Shown here piece after piece: positions 26,785 to 36,351 of a stretch of 64,000 nucleotides of DNA; positions within the stretch are counted from its first letter, which is position 1; each line of letters starts with the position of its first letter. The position numbers and the translations under genes are program-made. Source of the DNA: Deltaproteobacteria bacterium (GTDB taxonomy: Bacteria > Desulfobacterota > Dissulfuribacteria > Dissulfuribacterales > Dissulfuribacteraceae); assembly GCA_015494155.1 (NCBI GenBank), contig WGBU01000011.1:874-64873 (forward strand), read 5' to 3'. Under the pieces are notes generated by a model, which saw only the letters and a program-made list of their open reading frames with translations, was not told where the DNA came from and ran no database searches.

Positions 26785-29229
26785 ATGTTGGTCCTAGGTT
26801 CTTGGCTAAGAGAGTTTGTACCCTTTAAGGAGAGCTATGAAGAGGTGGCGCATGCCCTCACCATGGCAGGCCTGGAGGTGGAGGGCCTTTATGAGGCGTT
26901 TAAGGATTTGAAGCAGGGCGTGGTCTCTGTGGTGGTGGAGTCTGTTGAGCCCATACCTGGAAGCTCAAAGCTCAAAAAGGTGGTCTGCTTCGACGGTGAG
27001 ACGAGGCGCACTGTAGTATGTGGTGCGCCCAATGTGAGGGAGGGGATGCTCTGCCCACTAGTCGTACCAGGTACTCCCCTTCCAGGTGGTGTCGTAGTGG
27101 AAGAAAAGGAGATCATGGGTGTTGCTTCGAGCGGGATGCTCGCATCTCAGCAAGAGATTTTGACAGGCGAGGATGGCTCTGGCATCTGGGACCTGGGCGC
27201 AATCGGCGTGGATGGTCCTGGCAAGCGGCTTGAAGAGTTTTTCCCCTTAGACGATTGGGTATTCGAGATTGGTATCACCCCTAACAGGGCAGACTGCCTT
27301 AGTGTATTGGGGGTTAGCCGTGAGGTCTCTGCCATATACAAGATCTCCATAGAACATACCATCTATCAGGATGGGGCCAGGGCTGGAAAGGGCAGAGAAA
27401 CAGAGTTCCCAGTAACTATAGAAGCCCCCCAATTCTGTATGCGCTACATGGCATCCATCATAAAGGGGGTGAGTGTAGGGGAGTCCCCTGTATGGCTGAA
27501 AAAGAGGCTTTTGGCCATGGGGGTGAGGCCAATCAACAATGTAGTGGACTGTACCAATTACTGTCTATTGGAACTTGGTCAGCCACTCCATGCCTTTGAC
27601 TTGGCCCTTCTTAAAGGGCCTGCCATCAGGGTGAGAACCGCCTTGGATGGCGAACGGCTAGTGACGTTGGACGGAAAAGAGCGTGAGCTTACCAAAGAGA
27701 TGCTCGTGATCGCAGACAGTGAGAGACCTGTGGCGGTTGCAGGTGTCATGGGAGGGGCAAACTCAGAGGTATCCCAGGAGACCAGAGACATACTCCTTGA
27801 AAGTGCCTGGTTTGAACCCAATCAGATAAGGCGCACAAGGAGGGCCTTAAAGCTCAATACAGAGGCCAGCTACAGGTTCGAGAGAGGTGTCGATCCTGTA
27901 ATGGTGGAGGTGGCACTCAGGCGATGTGCCCACATGATATGTGAACTCTGTGGAGGCACCATAGAGGGCGAGGTGGATATATACCCAAGGCCATATGAAC
28001 CAAGGAGTGTCGCATTTAGACCAGATCGGGTGAGTAGCCTCATTGGTCTGGATATACCAGGGCATGAACAGGTAGATATCCTGGGGGGCCTAGGACTCAG
28101 GGCAAAAGAGAATTCTCCTGTAGCCCAAGGTGATTACATCGAGGTAGAGGTACCTAGCTTCAGGCACGACATACGGGAAGAGATAGATATCGTAGAAGAG
28201 GTTGCCCGCTTGAAGGGTTTCTCCAAGATCCCCACCCTTTCACCCAGGGGAGAACTCATCCACTCCTTTACCCAGAATGAGGCAATAGATTTTATTAAAG
28301 GTCTCAAAGACATATTTTCTAGCCAGGGTGTTTTTGAGATCATATCTTATAGTTTTTGTTCAAAAAGAGAACTGGATGCCCTTGGATATCCAGCAGACCA
28401 CCCTACCCGGGACCCAGTGGAGATACTAAACCCCCTCACAGAAGACCAGGCTGTGATGCGGACGAACCTACTCCCCTCTCTCCTACAGGCAGTGAAGCGG
28501 AATTTTTCGCGCATGAACATGAACCTCAGGCTCTTTGAGATTGGGCGCCGCTTTTTGAAGGACAATGCCTCGCCCACGGGTGTCAGGGAAGAGGATTGGC
28601 TTGGCTGTGCAGTGACGGGCAAGAGGTTCGATGAACATTGGGCGTGGCAGGACCATGAGGTAGATGTGTTTGATGTAAAGGGGCTTGCTGAAAATTGCCT
28701 GAGACTCCTCAGGGTGGATGGCTGGAGATTCGTACAGGATACTGCCTTGCTGCCACCATATTTCCAGGAGCAAGTGGCATCTGTCTGCGTGGACAAGACT
28801 GGACGGACCCTCGGTGCCATTGGCGAGCTCAAGGGAGAGGTGTTGGATGCATGGGAGATCGAGAGACCCGTCTTTTACCTCGAGTTTGACGTGGCAGCGC
28901 TTATGGCCTCCCCTAAGAGGCCAAAGGAGATGGAGGGGCTTCCAAGGTATCCTGCCTCCTATAGGGACGTGGCAATGATATTGGATGAGTCTATTTCCTA
29001 TGGCGAGATAGCCCAATTTATAGCCTCTCGTAAAGAGGCACTCCTTGAAGACTTTTTCATATTCGATGTATATAGAGGTAAGCCAGTGCCCAAGGGGAAG
29101 AAGAGTATTGCACTCAGATTCATATATAGGGCAAAGGACCACACCCTTACAGACGAGGAGGTGGCTGAGGTTCACGAGAGGTTGGTTGGGTCTCTATTGG
29201 AACACTTTAAGGGAGAATTGAGGAGTTAA
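26785..29229 (+). CDS. pheT: Phenylalanyl-tRNA synthetase beta subunit
   Basis: 814 aa. The tRNA-binding, B3/4, B5 and FDX-ACB domain order is recognisable, and the gene follows pheS by 2 nt. Confidence 0.95.
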   Translation: MLVLGSWLREFVPFKESYEEVAHALTMAGLEVEGLYEAFKDLKQGVVSVVVESVEPIPGSSKLKKVVCFDGETRRTVVCGAPNVREGMLCPLVVPGTPLPGGVVVEEKEIMGVASSGMLASQQEILTGEDGSGIWDLGAIGVDGPGKRLEEFFPLDDWVFEIGITPNRADCLSVLGVSREVSAIYKISIEHTIYQDGARAGKGRETEFPVTIEAPQFCMRYMASIIKGVSVGESPVWLKKRLLAMGVRPINNVVDCTNYCLLELGQPLHAFDLALLKGPAIRVRTALDGERLVTLDGKERELTKEMLVIADSERPVAVAGVMGGANSEVSQETRDILLESAWFEPNQIRRTRRALKLNTEASYRFERGVDPVMVEVALRRCAHMICELCGGTIEGEVDIYPRPYEPRSVAFRPDRVSSLIGLDIPGHEQVDILGGLGLRAKENSPVAQGDYIEVEVPSFRHDIREEIDIVEEVARLKGFSKIPTLSPRGELIHSFTQNEAIDFIKGLKDIFSSQGVFEIISYSFCSKRELDALGYPADHPTRDPVEILNPLTEDQAVMRTNLLPSLLQAVKRNFSRMNMNLRLFEIGRRFLKDNASPTGVREEDWLGCAVTGKRFDEHWAWQDHEVDVFDVKGLAENCLRLLRVDGWRFVQDTALLPPYFQEQVASVCVDKTGRTLGAIGELKGEVLDAWEIERPVFYLEFDVAALMASPKRPKEMEGLPRYPASYRDVAMILDESISYGEIAQFIASRKEALLEDFFIFDVYRGKPVPKGKKSIALRFIYRAKDHTLTDEEVAEVHERLVGSLLEHFKGELRS

Positions 29230-29237
29230 AACACCAA

Positions 29238-29513
29238 GTGCCTACCCTCACCAAGAAAGACATTGCGGTCCAGATCAGTAATGAGATGGGGTTTTCGGTA
29301 AGGGAGAGCAAGAGGATAGTGGACTCTTTCTTCAATGCAGTAAAGGGGCTACTCCAAGAGGGGCAAGAGGTGAAGCTCGTCCGGTTTGGTACGTTCATGC
29401 CCACCACTCGTGCCTATAGGTTTAAGGCGGGGACCAAGACCACTGTGGCGTTTCATCCCAGCCGGTGGCTCAAGGGGCGCCTAAATGGCGGAGAAAAAGT
29501 ACTACAAGATTAG
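29238..29513 (+). CDS. ihfA: IHF/HU-family DNA-binding protein at the ihfA position, with a shortened beta-arm
   Basis: 91 aa with a GTG start. The helical N-terminus is TKKDIAVQISNEMGFSVRESKRIVDSFFNAV, followed by VKLVRFGTF. It sits directly after pheT as in E. coli. The arm lacks the GRNPxTG motif (see findings). Confidence 0.65.
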   Translation: MPTLTKKDIAVQISNEMGFSVRESKRIVDSFFNAVKGLLQEGQEVKLVRFGTFMPTTRAYRFKAGTKTTVAFHPSRWLKGRLNGGEKVLQD

Positions 29514-29802
29514 CGAGGTAAGCCGGATCACAGGAGTAGAACCCCACGTACTTCGCTATTGGGAACGGGAATTTGGTCAGATCAGGCCCCGCAGGGTCAG
29601 GGGCCAGAGACTTTACACAAAGAGACATTTAGATATCATCCTTGAGATCAAGCGACTCCTCTATGAGGAGGGCTTTACCATCTCTGGTGCGAGGAAGCGC
29701 CTTGAGGAATCGCCTGAAAAGAGGGGCATTACCCTCTCTGAGATTAGGCAGGAACTCTTAGAGCTATACACCATTTTAACAGACGGGAATCAAGATTCAT
29801 GA
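29485..29802 (+). CDS. MerR-family transcriptional regulator
   Basis: 105 aa. The HTH reads YKISEVSRITGVEPHVLRYWEREFG. It overlaps the ihfA-like 3' end by 29 nt. Confidence 0.8.
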   Translation: MAEKKYYKISEVSRITGVEPHVLRYWEREFGQIRPRRVRGQRLYTKRHLDIILEIKRLLYEEGFTISGARKRLEESPEKRGITLSEIRQELLELYTILTDGNQDS

Positions 29803-30887
29803 AGGATAAGGATGTAAAGAGGCTCATCGAACTCAGGGAAAAGATCGATGCTTTAGACAAGGAGATCGTAGGACTCCTTCAAAAGCGGCTCGAAGTAGCC
29901 AAGGAGATTGGTAAAGAGAAGAGGAAATTTTCACCAGACGCCCTGGATGTTACGCGGGAACGCGAGGTCCTCCACCACATCCTCGACATTAATAAGGGCC
30001 TCTTCCCAGAGGACGGCCTCAAGGTCATATACTCAGAGATCATCTCTGCCTGTAGAAATGCCCAGAGGCCCGCACGCATAGGATACCTCGGACCTGAGAC
30101 CACCTTTACCCACATGGCTGCCTGTAAATTCTTTGGTCACAGTCCAGACTTTATACCATTGCGTAACATAACAGAGGTATTCGAGGAGGTAGAAAGGCGG
30201 CGTACAGACTATGGAGTGGTGCCGTTGGAAAATTCAGTAGAGGGCACTGTGGCACTGACCCTAGATGGGCTACACGATTTTAAGGTGAAGGTGGTGGGCG
30301 AGGTCTATCTCCCCATATCGCACGATCTTATGAATCAGAGTGGTAGGATGGACAAGATAAAGCGCATCCTGTCTCATCCACACGCCCTGGCCCAGTGTAA
30401 GGGGTGGTTACAGAGAAATCTCCCTGCCGTACCCACAGAAGAGGTGGTGAGCACTGCACAGGCAGCAAGATGGGCGGCAGTGGACCCAGAGGTGGCAGCC
30501 ATTGCAAGCCCACTGGCTGCTCAGACATATGAGCTACAGGTGGTGGCCAAGAGTATAGAAGACTTTGCAGGTAACACCACCCGTTTTCTCGTGCTGGGCC
30601 ACTATTGTCCAAGGCCCAGTGGGAAAGACAAGACCAGTCTGTTGTTGAGCCTTGAGGATAGGCCTGGGTCCCTATTTAGGCTCTTGGAGCCTTTAGCAGA
30701 AAAAGGGATAAACCTCACTAAGATACAGTCACGACCAGTAAAAGACGAGCCGTGGCGCTACCTCTTTTACGTGGACATCCAGGGTCATATCGAAGACCCT
30801 GTTGTAAAGGAGGGGGTGGATGCCATCAGAAAAGGGTGCACATTCTTGGTGTGGCTGGGGAGCTATCCCATGGGGCTGCCCATTTAA
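29799..30887 (+). CDS. pheA: Bifunctional chorismate mutase / prephenate dehydratase (P-protein)
   Basis: 362 aa. An N-terminal CM helix bundle (LREKIDALDKEIVGLLQKRLEVAKEIG) is followed by a PDT domain (IGYLGPETTFTH, NTTRFLVLG) and a C-terminal ACT domain. Confidence 0.9.
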   Translation: MKDKDVKRLIELREKIDALDKEIVGLLQKRLEVAKEIGKEKRKFSPDALDVTREREVLHHILDINKGLFPEDGLKVIYSEIISACRNAQRPARIGYLGPETTFTHMAACKFFGHSPDFIPLRNITEVFEEVERRRTDYGVVPLENSVEGTVALTLDGLHDFKVKVVGEVYLPISHDLMNQSGRMDKIKRILSHPHALAQCKGWLQRNLPAVPTEEVVSTAQAARWAAVDPEVAAIASPLAAQTYELQVVAKSIEDFAGNTTRFLVLGHYCPRPSGKDKTSLLLSLEDRPGSLFRLLEPLAEKGINLTKIQSRPVKDEPWRYLFYVDIQGHIEDPVVKEGVDAIRKGCTFLVWLGSYPMGLPI

Positions 30888-30906
30888 AAAATGGGCGCAG
30901 GTGCCC

Positions 30907-31605
30907 CTAATCCTTTTTCTTTTCAGCCCTCTTTAGCTCTAGGATCTCAAATTTGACAAAGTCTAGCTCCCCTGAAGATGGGTCTTCGCTTAGGACCTTA
31001 TTGTAGGCCTCTAGGGCAACATCTGCCTTGCCAGCCCCTTTTGCCACCCTAGCCTTGTCGAGGAGAGCGATCTTTTCAAGCCCCTTTGATACCTTGATTG
31101 CATCATCAAATTTTTTTAATGCCTCTCCTAGGTCTCCCTTTTCTTCGAGGCAATATCCCCAGCCAAGGAGTGCACTCTGTTTGACCACAGTGTGATCCGG
31201 TGCCTTTTGGGCCGCCTTTTTGAAATATTCGAGTGCCTTTTCCTGTGCCCCCTGGTCATAGTAAGCCCTTGCAATGATGTTGAGGGCAAGGCGAGCAGCG
31301 TCTGTAGAGCCGTGGTCTCGTATCACCTCTTCTAATACAGAGATGCGTTTTTCTGGCGATTTTTCGTAGAGGGCCTGCCCCATGAGGGTGGCTGCCTGGC
31401 TCTCCTGGCTCTCTTTGTAGTGGGAGTATCCAGAGATCAAAATAATACCCAGTACTAGTGCCAATGCGCCGGCCAAGATCTCTCTTGAATAACGCTTAAC
31501 ATAATCCCTAGCCTTTGGTGGCAGTAGGGAGAGGAGTTGGTTTAAAAATTCCTTAAAGTCCTCTTGTGGTGCCTCTATAGGTTGTCTCTTAGCCTCTTCT
31601 GTCAT
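30907..31605 (-). CDS. Membrane-anchored TPR-repeat protein (YfgM-like)
   Basis: 232 aa. One TM (ILAGALALVLGIILISGY) is followed by TPR-like A/Y/G-spaced repeats. Confidence 0.55.
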   Translation of the reverse strand: MTEEAKRQPIEAPQEDFKEFLNQLLSLLPPKARDYVKRYSREILAGALALVLGIILISGYSHYKESQESQAATLMGQALYEKSPEKRISVLEEVIRDHGSTDAARLALNIIARAYYDQGAQEKALEYFKKAAQKAPDHTVVKQSALLGWGYCLEEKGDLGEALKKFDDAIKVSKGLEKIALLDKARVAKGAGKADVALEAYNKVLSEDPSSGELDFVKFEILELKRAEKKKD

Positions 31606-31630
31606 CTTGTGCTCCCCAAACTAATATATC

Positions 31631-32098
31631 TTAGTGTCCTCCAAAGAAATCGTCCCACCTGAATATAAGCGGTTGAGCCTCGGTGTCCAGTTCTTTTCCG
31701 TCTAGGATGGAGCCTATGAAAAGGGTGTGATCACCCACTTCAAAGTCATTTTCCACCTTACACTCGAGATATGCGTATGCATCTTTTAAGACTGGCGAGC
31801 CATTCTTGGCATATGTATGGGGTACATTCTCAAACTTATCCACCTTTCTACCAGACTTAAAACCAAAGTGCTTTGCCAGTTCCATTGCACCTTCTGGCAG
31901 TGCATTGATGCAAAATATGCCAGAATTCTTGATGAGTGAATAGGTGTAACGTTGAGGGGCTATGGCCACCCCCACAAGTGCAGGTCTGAATGATATCTGT
32001 GTTACCCAGGCGGCCGTCATACCATTGATCTTATCACCAGATTTTGCAGTTATAACATAGACGCCTGTAGGAGTTGCCCTGGATATTAAGGTCTGCAT
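31631..32098 (-). CDS. Flavin reductase-like (FMN-binding split-barrel) protein
   Basis: 155 aa. GVYVITAKSGDKINGMTAAWVTQISFRPALVGVAI is the typical Flavin_Reduct pattern. Confidence 0.75.
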   Translation of the reverse strand: MQTLISRATPTGVYVITAKSGDKINGMTAAWVTQISFRPALVGVAIAPQRYTYSLIKNSGIFCINALPEGAMELAKHFGFKSGRKVDKFENVPHTYAKNGSPVLKDAYAYLECKVENDFEVGDHTLFIGSILDGKELDTEAQPLIFRWDDFFGGH

Positions 32099-32479
32099 AG
32101 TCCCCTCCTTTCGCTATTCACTATAGTGATTTCTTTATACTATAGAGCTTGTCCCATGCCAAGAATTTGGAGTGCAAAGATCTCTTTCCGTAATTCACAA
32201 AAAGGCGATGGATGGCCCATGTAGAGTGATGATCAAATGGAACAATTTTAAACAAGTTTATGACTGATGGGTAAAATCAACGCTTCATTCTAATGTCTTG
32301 TTTTTTTTTAAAATTAGATTATACGTAAATTATTTAATCAAGCATTTTTGTATAGCCTCATAAAGGGGGACTACTAGGTCTAGATAAGACATCTAGGTCT
32401 AAGTTTACACAGACATGGAAGTATATTTCTTCCGAGATGAACCAATACTGACTAGAAAATAGGTGAAGGAGGACTAGTA

Positions 32480-33307
32480 GTGGAAAGAGGCATTATACGA
32501 CTGGTATTTTTGTTTACCATTGTTGCGTTGTCATCTTTTATTTCTATTTCGGCTTCGGCAGAGGATTGTACATTTGGTTACAGTTACTATGAGCCTAGTG
32601 ATAACAAGGTGATTTTGCCATGTATCGATGTGGACTCCCACTGTTATTATGCAGAGATCAGAATCACTCCAGACAACGAACTCGTCCTGGAAGAATTGAC
32701 AGATACACAACTTGAAGTCCCCCTCACAAATGAATCGAACATTGTGGCTACATATATTCAGGAGTTAAATACGCTGGAAATCCCTGAACTGAGAATAGGT
32801 GGTCCATCTGGGGCCCTTGCAGGCCCATTTAAGGTCTCGCTCATCCCATATCTCGAGGACCACACAGTGAAGTTTAAAGTAGAAGAAATCAGCCCTACGC
32901 CCATGAGCAATATCTGTGAACTCTATAATACTAAACAAATGAAAGCGGTCATGGAAATTTTCACACCGCCTGGTGAAATAGAACGTGTTATAGGCTGCGT
33001 TGAATTCACTGGACCAAAGGAGTTTGTTGATGGGTGGATTAATATATTTAAAGCGAGTGAAGCCAATACAGGCGGATATGTGGCGTTCCAATACCTCAAC
33101 TCATGCCCAAAAGCAGTGGCCGGTTGCCTTGCACACGAGGAGGAAAATGATCCAGAAAAGGGCCAGGTCTATATATACCATTACGAAGCTTCTACAGTGG
33201 ATCAATTCAATCAATTTTGTAATGGACTGGCCAAAAGTGAATTTGGGTGGGGCTCCCTATTCTTTGGTACATATGGTCTCGATGTAGTGTATGGGACAAC
33301 AAACTAA
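32480..33307 (+). CDS. Secreted protein of unknown function (AT-rich gene)
   Basis: 275 aa with a GTG start after AGGAGG. The signal peptide is LVFLFTIVALSSFISISASA and there are 8 Cys. The gene is visibly more AT-rich than its neighbours, and I recognise no family. Confidence 0.5.
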   Translation: MERGIIRLVFLFTIVALSSFISISASAEDCTFGYSYYEPSDNKVILPCIDVDSHCYYAEIRITPDNELVLEELTDTQLEVPLTNESNIVATYIQELNTLEIPELRIGGPSGALAGPFKVSLIPYLEDHTVKFKVEEISPTPMSNICELYNTKQMKAVMEIFTPPGEIERVIGCVEFTGPKEFVDGWINIFKASEANTGGYVAFQYLNSCPKAVAGCLAHEEENDPEKGQVYIYHYEASTVDQFNQFCNGLAKSEFGWGSLFFGTYGLDVVYGTTN

Positions 33308-33376
33308 GATCGCCAAACTAGTGCTAACAAAGACCAGTCTTGTCCCTTTAGGCTGAAATGGTATTCAGAACCCCGA

Positions 33377-33406
33377 GTAAAAAAGCATATCTTGTAAGAT
33401 ATGCTT
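33377..33406 (-). terminator. Weak intrinsic terminator downstream of tRNA-Leu (minus strand)
   Basis: The minus strand reads AAGCATATC-ttacaa-GATATGCTT followed by TTTTAC. The stem is AT-rich, so function is uncertain. Confidence 0.4.
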
Positions 33407-33485
33407 ATCTTAAAGGGATCTTTAAGGGTATCAAAAAGACGAATTTAGCTATGAGGCGTCTATGAGGTGTCCAACTGAAATTGTG

Positions 33486-33572
33486 TGGTGCCGGAGGCGA
33501 GAGTCGAACTCGCACGGCCCGAAGGCCACTGGATTTTGAGTCCAGCGCGTCTACCAGTTCCACCACTCCGGC
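33486..33572 (-). tRNA. tRNA-Leu (anticodon CAA), class II with long variable arm
   Basis: The reverse complement is GCCGGAGTGGTGGAACTGGTAGACGCGCTGGACTCAAAATCCAGTGGCCTTCGGGCCGTGCGAGTTCGACTCTCGCCTCCGGCACCA. The anticodon stem CTGGA/TCCAG carries loop CTCAAAA, and CCA is encoded. Confidence 0.9.
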
Positions 33573-33606
33573 ACTGGCAATGAAATACCAAATGAGGCCG
33601 AAAAAG

Positions 33607-34845
33607 TCAATTTAAAACCTCAGCCACCTTGTGGAGTATCCTTAGTGCCACATCCGCCTTATGCATGATGGGGAGTTCTTCTATCTCCTTGGTCTTTCCC
33701 ATTATCAATGTAACTTTATTGGTATCCACATCGAATCCGGCCCCTGGCTCTGTGACATTATTGGCCACCATGATGTCCACAGGCTTTTTCTCTATCTTTT
33801 TTAGGGCATTTTTAACAAGGTCTCCAGTCTCTGCAGAGAAGCCTACTATACACTGTTTGGTAGATCTATTTTTAAGGATATAGTCCAAGATGTCGGTAGT
33901 TTCTTGGAGGGAGAGGGCGAGCCCCATACCCCCTACGGCGTCTTTTTTTAATTTTTTTGCCAACCTTTCTCTAGGGGTGAAGTCTGCCACTGCTGCTGCC
34001 ATGATAATACAGTCCATGCGATCTTTATGCATTTTAACTGCATTAAGCATCTCCTCTGCCGTTTCAACACTTACAAATTCGTCGACCTTTGGAGGGCTTA
34101 GGCAGGTAGGGCCAGAGACCAACACCACTGAGGCGCCGAGAGATTTGGCCGCCCACGCCAACTCAAAACCCATCTTACCGGATGAACGATTAGAGATGTA
34201 GCGTACGGGGTCAATGGGCTCACGGGTCGGTCCTGCGGTTATGAGTACCTTTTTTTGCTTCAAGGGCTTTGGTAGCAAGGCAGATTGAATGGCATGGATA
34301 AAGGCATCGAACGAGACCAGCCGCCCTCTTCCCTCTTCTCCGCAGGCCATAGGGCCACTTTCTGGCTCTACCACTGTATGACCAAGGGAGGTGAGGGTCT
34401 CAATATTGCGTTTGACCGCTGGGTTCTCATACATGGCCCCATTCATGGCAGGAAAAAATATTGCCCCTCCTCTGTAGGCTAGGAGCATGGTGCTTAGGAG
34501 GTCATCTGCTATGCCAGCCGCTGCCTTTCCAATGAAATTTGCAGTGGCAGGACATATGACAAATAGGTCGGCCCACCTGGGGAGATCTATGTGGTGAAAG
34601 GGGTTCCCTGGGTCAAATGCATCTGCTCCTGTTGTGGCATGTACACCAGATAGGGCTGAAAATGTGAGCTCTGTCACAAAGCGTCTGGCGTTTTCCGTGA
34701 GAACTGGAGAGACCTCGGCCCCAAATCCCTTAAGACCACGGCAATAATAAGCGGCCTTATAGGATGCAATCCCCCCTGTTACCCCAAAGAGGATCTTTTT
34801 TCCGGCAATCCCTATTCCGTTGCCCCAAGGGGTTCGCTCAACCAT
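33607..34845 (-). CDS. coaBC: Bifunctional phosphopantothenoylcysteine decarboxylase / phosphopantothenate-cysteine ligase
   Basis: The motifs are KKILFGVTGGIASYKA, PAMNGAMYENP and ITAGPTREPIDPVRYISNRSSGKMG. I prefer ATG 34845 (MVERTPW...); the track ORF extends to 34962. Confidence 0.9.
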   Translation of the reverse strand: MVERTPWGNGIGIAGKKILFGVTGGIASYKAAYYCRGLKGFGAEVSPVLTENARRFVTELTFSALSGVHATTGADAFDPGNPFHHIDLPRWADLFVICPATANFIGKAAAGIADDLLSTMLLAYRGGAIFFPAMNGAMYENPAVKRNIETLTSLGHTVVEPESGPMACGEEGRGRLVSFDAFIHAIQSALLPKPLKQKKVLITAGPTREPIDPVRYISNRSSGKMGFELAWAAKSLGASVVLVSGPTCLSPPKVDEFVSVETAEEMLNAVKMHKDRMDCIIMAAAVADFTPRERLAKKLKKDAVGGMGLALSLQETTDILDYILKNRSTKQCIVGFSAETGDLVKNALKKIEKKPVDIMVANNVTEPGAGFDVDTNKVTLIMGKTKEIEELPIMHKADVALRILHKVAEVLN

Positions 34846-35285
34846 ATCTCTACCTTGGTGGTAAAGGGGGACTCTTTGATCTTGATGAGGCACTGTGCCC
34901 CAATGTCCTTTGAAAAGGCCAAGAATATACCCTTGCCTGTGAGGGAGCCCTGGAGGTTCCAACCATGCTTTGGCAGGTTCTCTAGAAAGAATTGTTCTAG
35001 GCTTGATGAGGTCACGCGCCCCTTATATGTGATGATCCCACCCTGATAGTTAGGGGTCCTTATGAGGGTGGATTCATCCAGTACCAAGTTCAATTCCACA
35101 GGTACAGGGAGGTCGGGGAACTGGTACTGAGTAGTCTGGGCCTGGGGGTTGGATATAGGGTTTTCATCTGAAATATTCGCCTCACTGGGGGTGCCTTCAT
35201 ATCTTGCACAACCACTAAATGCAAATATCGAACAGAGCATGATCAGCATTATTGCCCAATAACCGACAAATTTTTCAAACTGCAT
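34812..35285 (-). CDS. Lipoprotein of unknown function
   Basis: 157 aa. The signal peptide ends in the lipobox FAFSGC. Confidence 0.55.
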   Translation of the reverse strand: MQFEKFVGYWAIMLIMLCSIFAFSGCARYEGTPSEANISDENPISNPQAQTTQYQFPDLPVPVELNLVLDESTLIRTPNYQGGIITYKGRVTSSSLEQFFLENLPKHGWNLQGSLTGKGIFLAFSKDIGAQCLIKIKESPFTTKVEIWLSEPLGATE

Positions 35286-35299
35286 CTTCTCTCCCTCCT

Positions 35300-35806
35300 T
35301 TATTGTTTGAATACGATTAGGTCCTCAAGGGGAAGCCTCCTGGATTTTTGGTCCCTGTTTTTGGGCCATCCGAGGGCAATTACAGCCATGAGCTCAAGGT
35401 CCTCTGGGAGCCCTAGGAGTTCCCTGATCTCCTTTCCACTTTTTAGGATCTCCCCAAGCCATACTGCTCCAAGTCCAAGGGCATAGGCACTCAAAAGCAT
35501 GTTTTGTAAGCAGGCCCCAATGGCCTGGTGATCTTTTACCTCGTGGTACATTCTTTCCTTAGAAATGAATACCGGTATCAAACAGTTGGCAGACTTTATG
35601 ATCCTAGAATACCTTGTCAGCGGTTCAAATCTTTCCTTCAATTGAGGGTCCTTGACCACTGCAAAGCGCCATGGCTGGTTGTTTAGTCCAGATGGAGCCC
35701 ATGATCCTGACTTGAGGATCTCCATAATGAGTTCGTCTGGCACAGGTTCATCTGTGTACTCGCGCACACTCCTTCGTTCGTATATTGCCTTTAACACCTC
35801 GTTCAT
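35300..35806 (-). CDS. Nitroreductase-family protein
   Basis: 168 aa. The motifs are RRSVREYTDEPVP, APSGLNNQPWRF and LGLGAVWLG. Confidence 0.8.
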   Translation of the reverse strand: MNEVLKAIYERRSVREYTDEPVPDELIMEILKSGSWAPSGLNNQPWRFAVVKDPQLKERFEPLTRYSRIIKSANCLIPVFISKERMYHEVKDHQAIGACLQNMLLSAYALGLGAVWLGEILKSGKEIRELLGLPEDLELMAVIALGWPKNRDQKSRRLPLEDLIVFKQ

Positions 35807-35862
35807 TTGGTGCTTTTCACCCTCCTTTGATAGCGAATGGTCCTTGACAGACCCGTCATATA

Positions 35863-36351
35863 ATGGGAAACATATCTTATATGCGCTGCCTTTTCATAGT
35901 AGCTACTATTTTGCTTTTTGCAAAGCCCGCCTTCGCAGTCCAGGTCCATGGCCCACCCGAAGGACTTTATGTCCATATTATAGCCCACATCTTCTTTTCC
36001 TCGGCCATAATCTTCTTGCTCTTTCTTTTTAAGAGACACCCACCTGGAAGGGGTACACCATGGCGCTATCTCAGATGGAGCCTGTTCATGTTCCTACTCT
36101 GGAACATAGATACCCTGATAGTCCATATCCTCTCCATAGGCATACCTGAGGCCGCACTTCACATGCCAGAGGATATCTTTCAACACGCACTCCTCCCCCC
36201 TATTACTGCCAAGGAGATATTGTTTTATGTATTGAGAAACGACCATCTCCTGTGTGTACCTGCAATGCTATTCCTGGTGTTGAGCCTCCGCTCATTTTTG
36301 AGGGAGCCAGGTGGGGAAAACGATACATTCTATCCTGAGGGAAAAGGGTGA
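35863..36351 (+). CDS. Integral membrane protein translationally coupled to the sensor kinase
   Basis: 162 aa with about 4 TM helices. An alternative start at ATG 35881 gives the signal-like MRCLFIVATILLFAKPAFA. The stop TGA overlaps the kinase GTG start (GTGA). Confidence 0.5.
   Translation: MGNISYMRCLFIVATILLFAKPAFAVQVHGPPEGLYVHIIAHIFFSSAIIFLLFLFKRHPPGRGTPWRYLRWSLFMFLLWNIDTLIVHILSIGIPEAALHMPEDIFQHALLPPITAKEILFYVLRNDHLLCVPAMLFLVLSLRSFLREPGGENDTFYPEGKG

Noticed and set aside
28483-29175. 230-aa ORF antisense to pheT, along with similar antisense ORFs at 28347-28832 and 27579-27821
   Set aside because: It is embedded in pheT, has no SD or motif support, and has off-frame composition.
34846-34962. 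39-codon N-terminal extension of coaBC in the ORF track
   Set aside because: There is no homology to CoaBC N-termini, and it fully overlaps the 3' end of the upstream lipoprotein gene. ATG 34845 precedes the flavoprotein motif at the usual distance.
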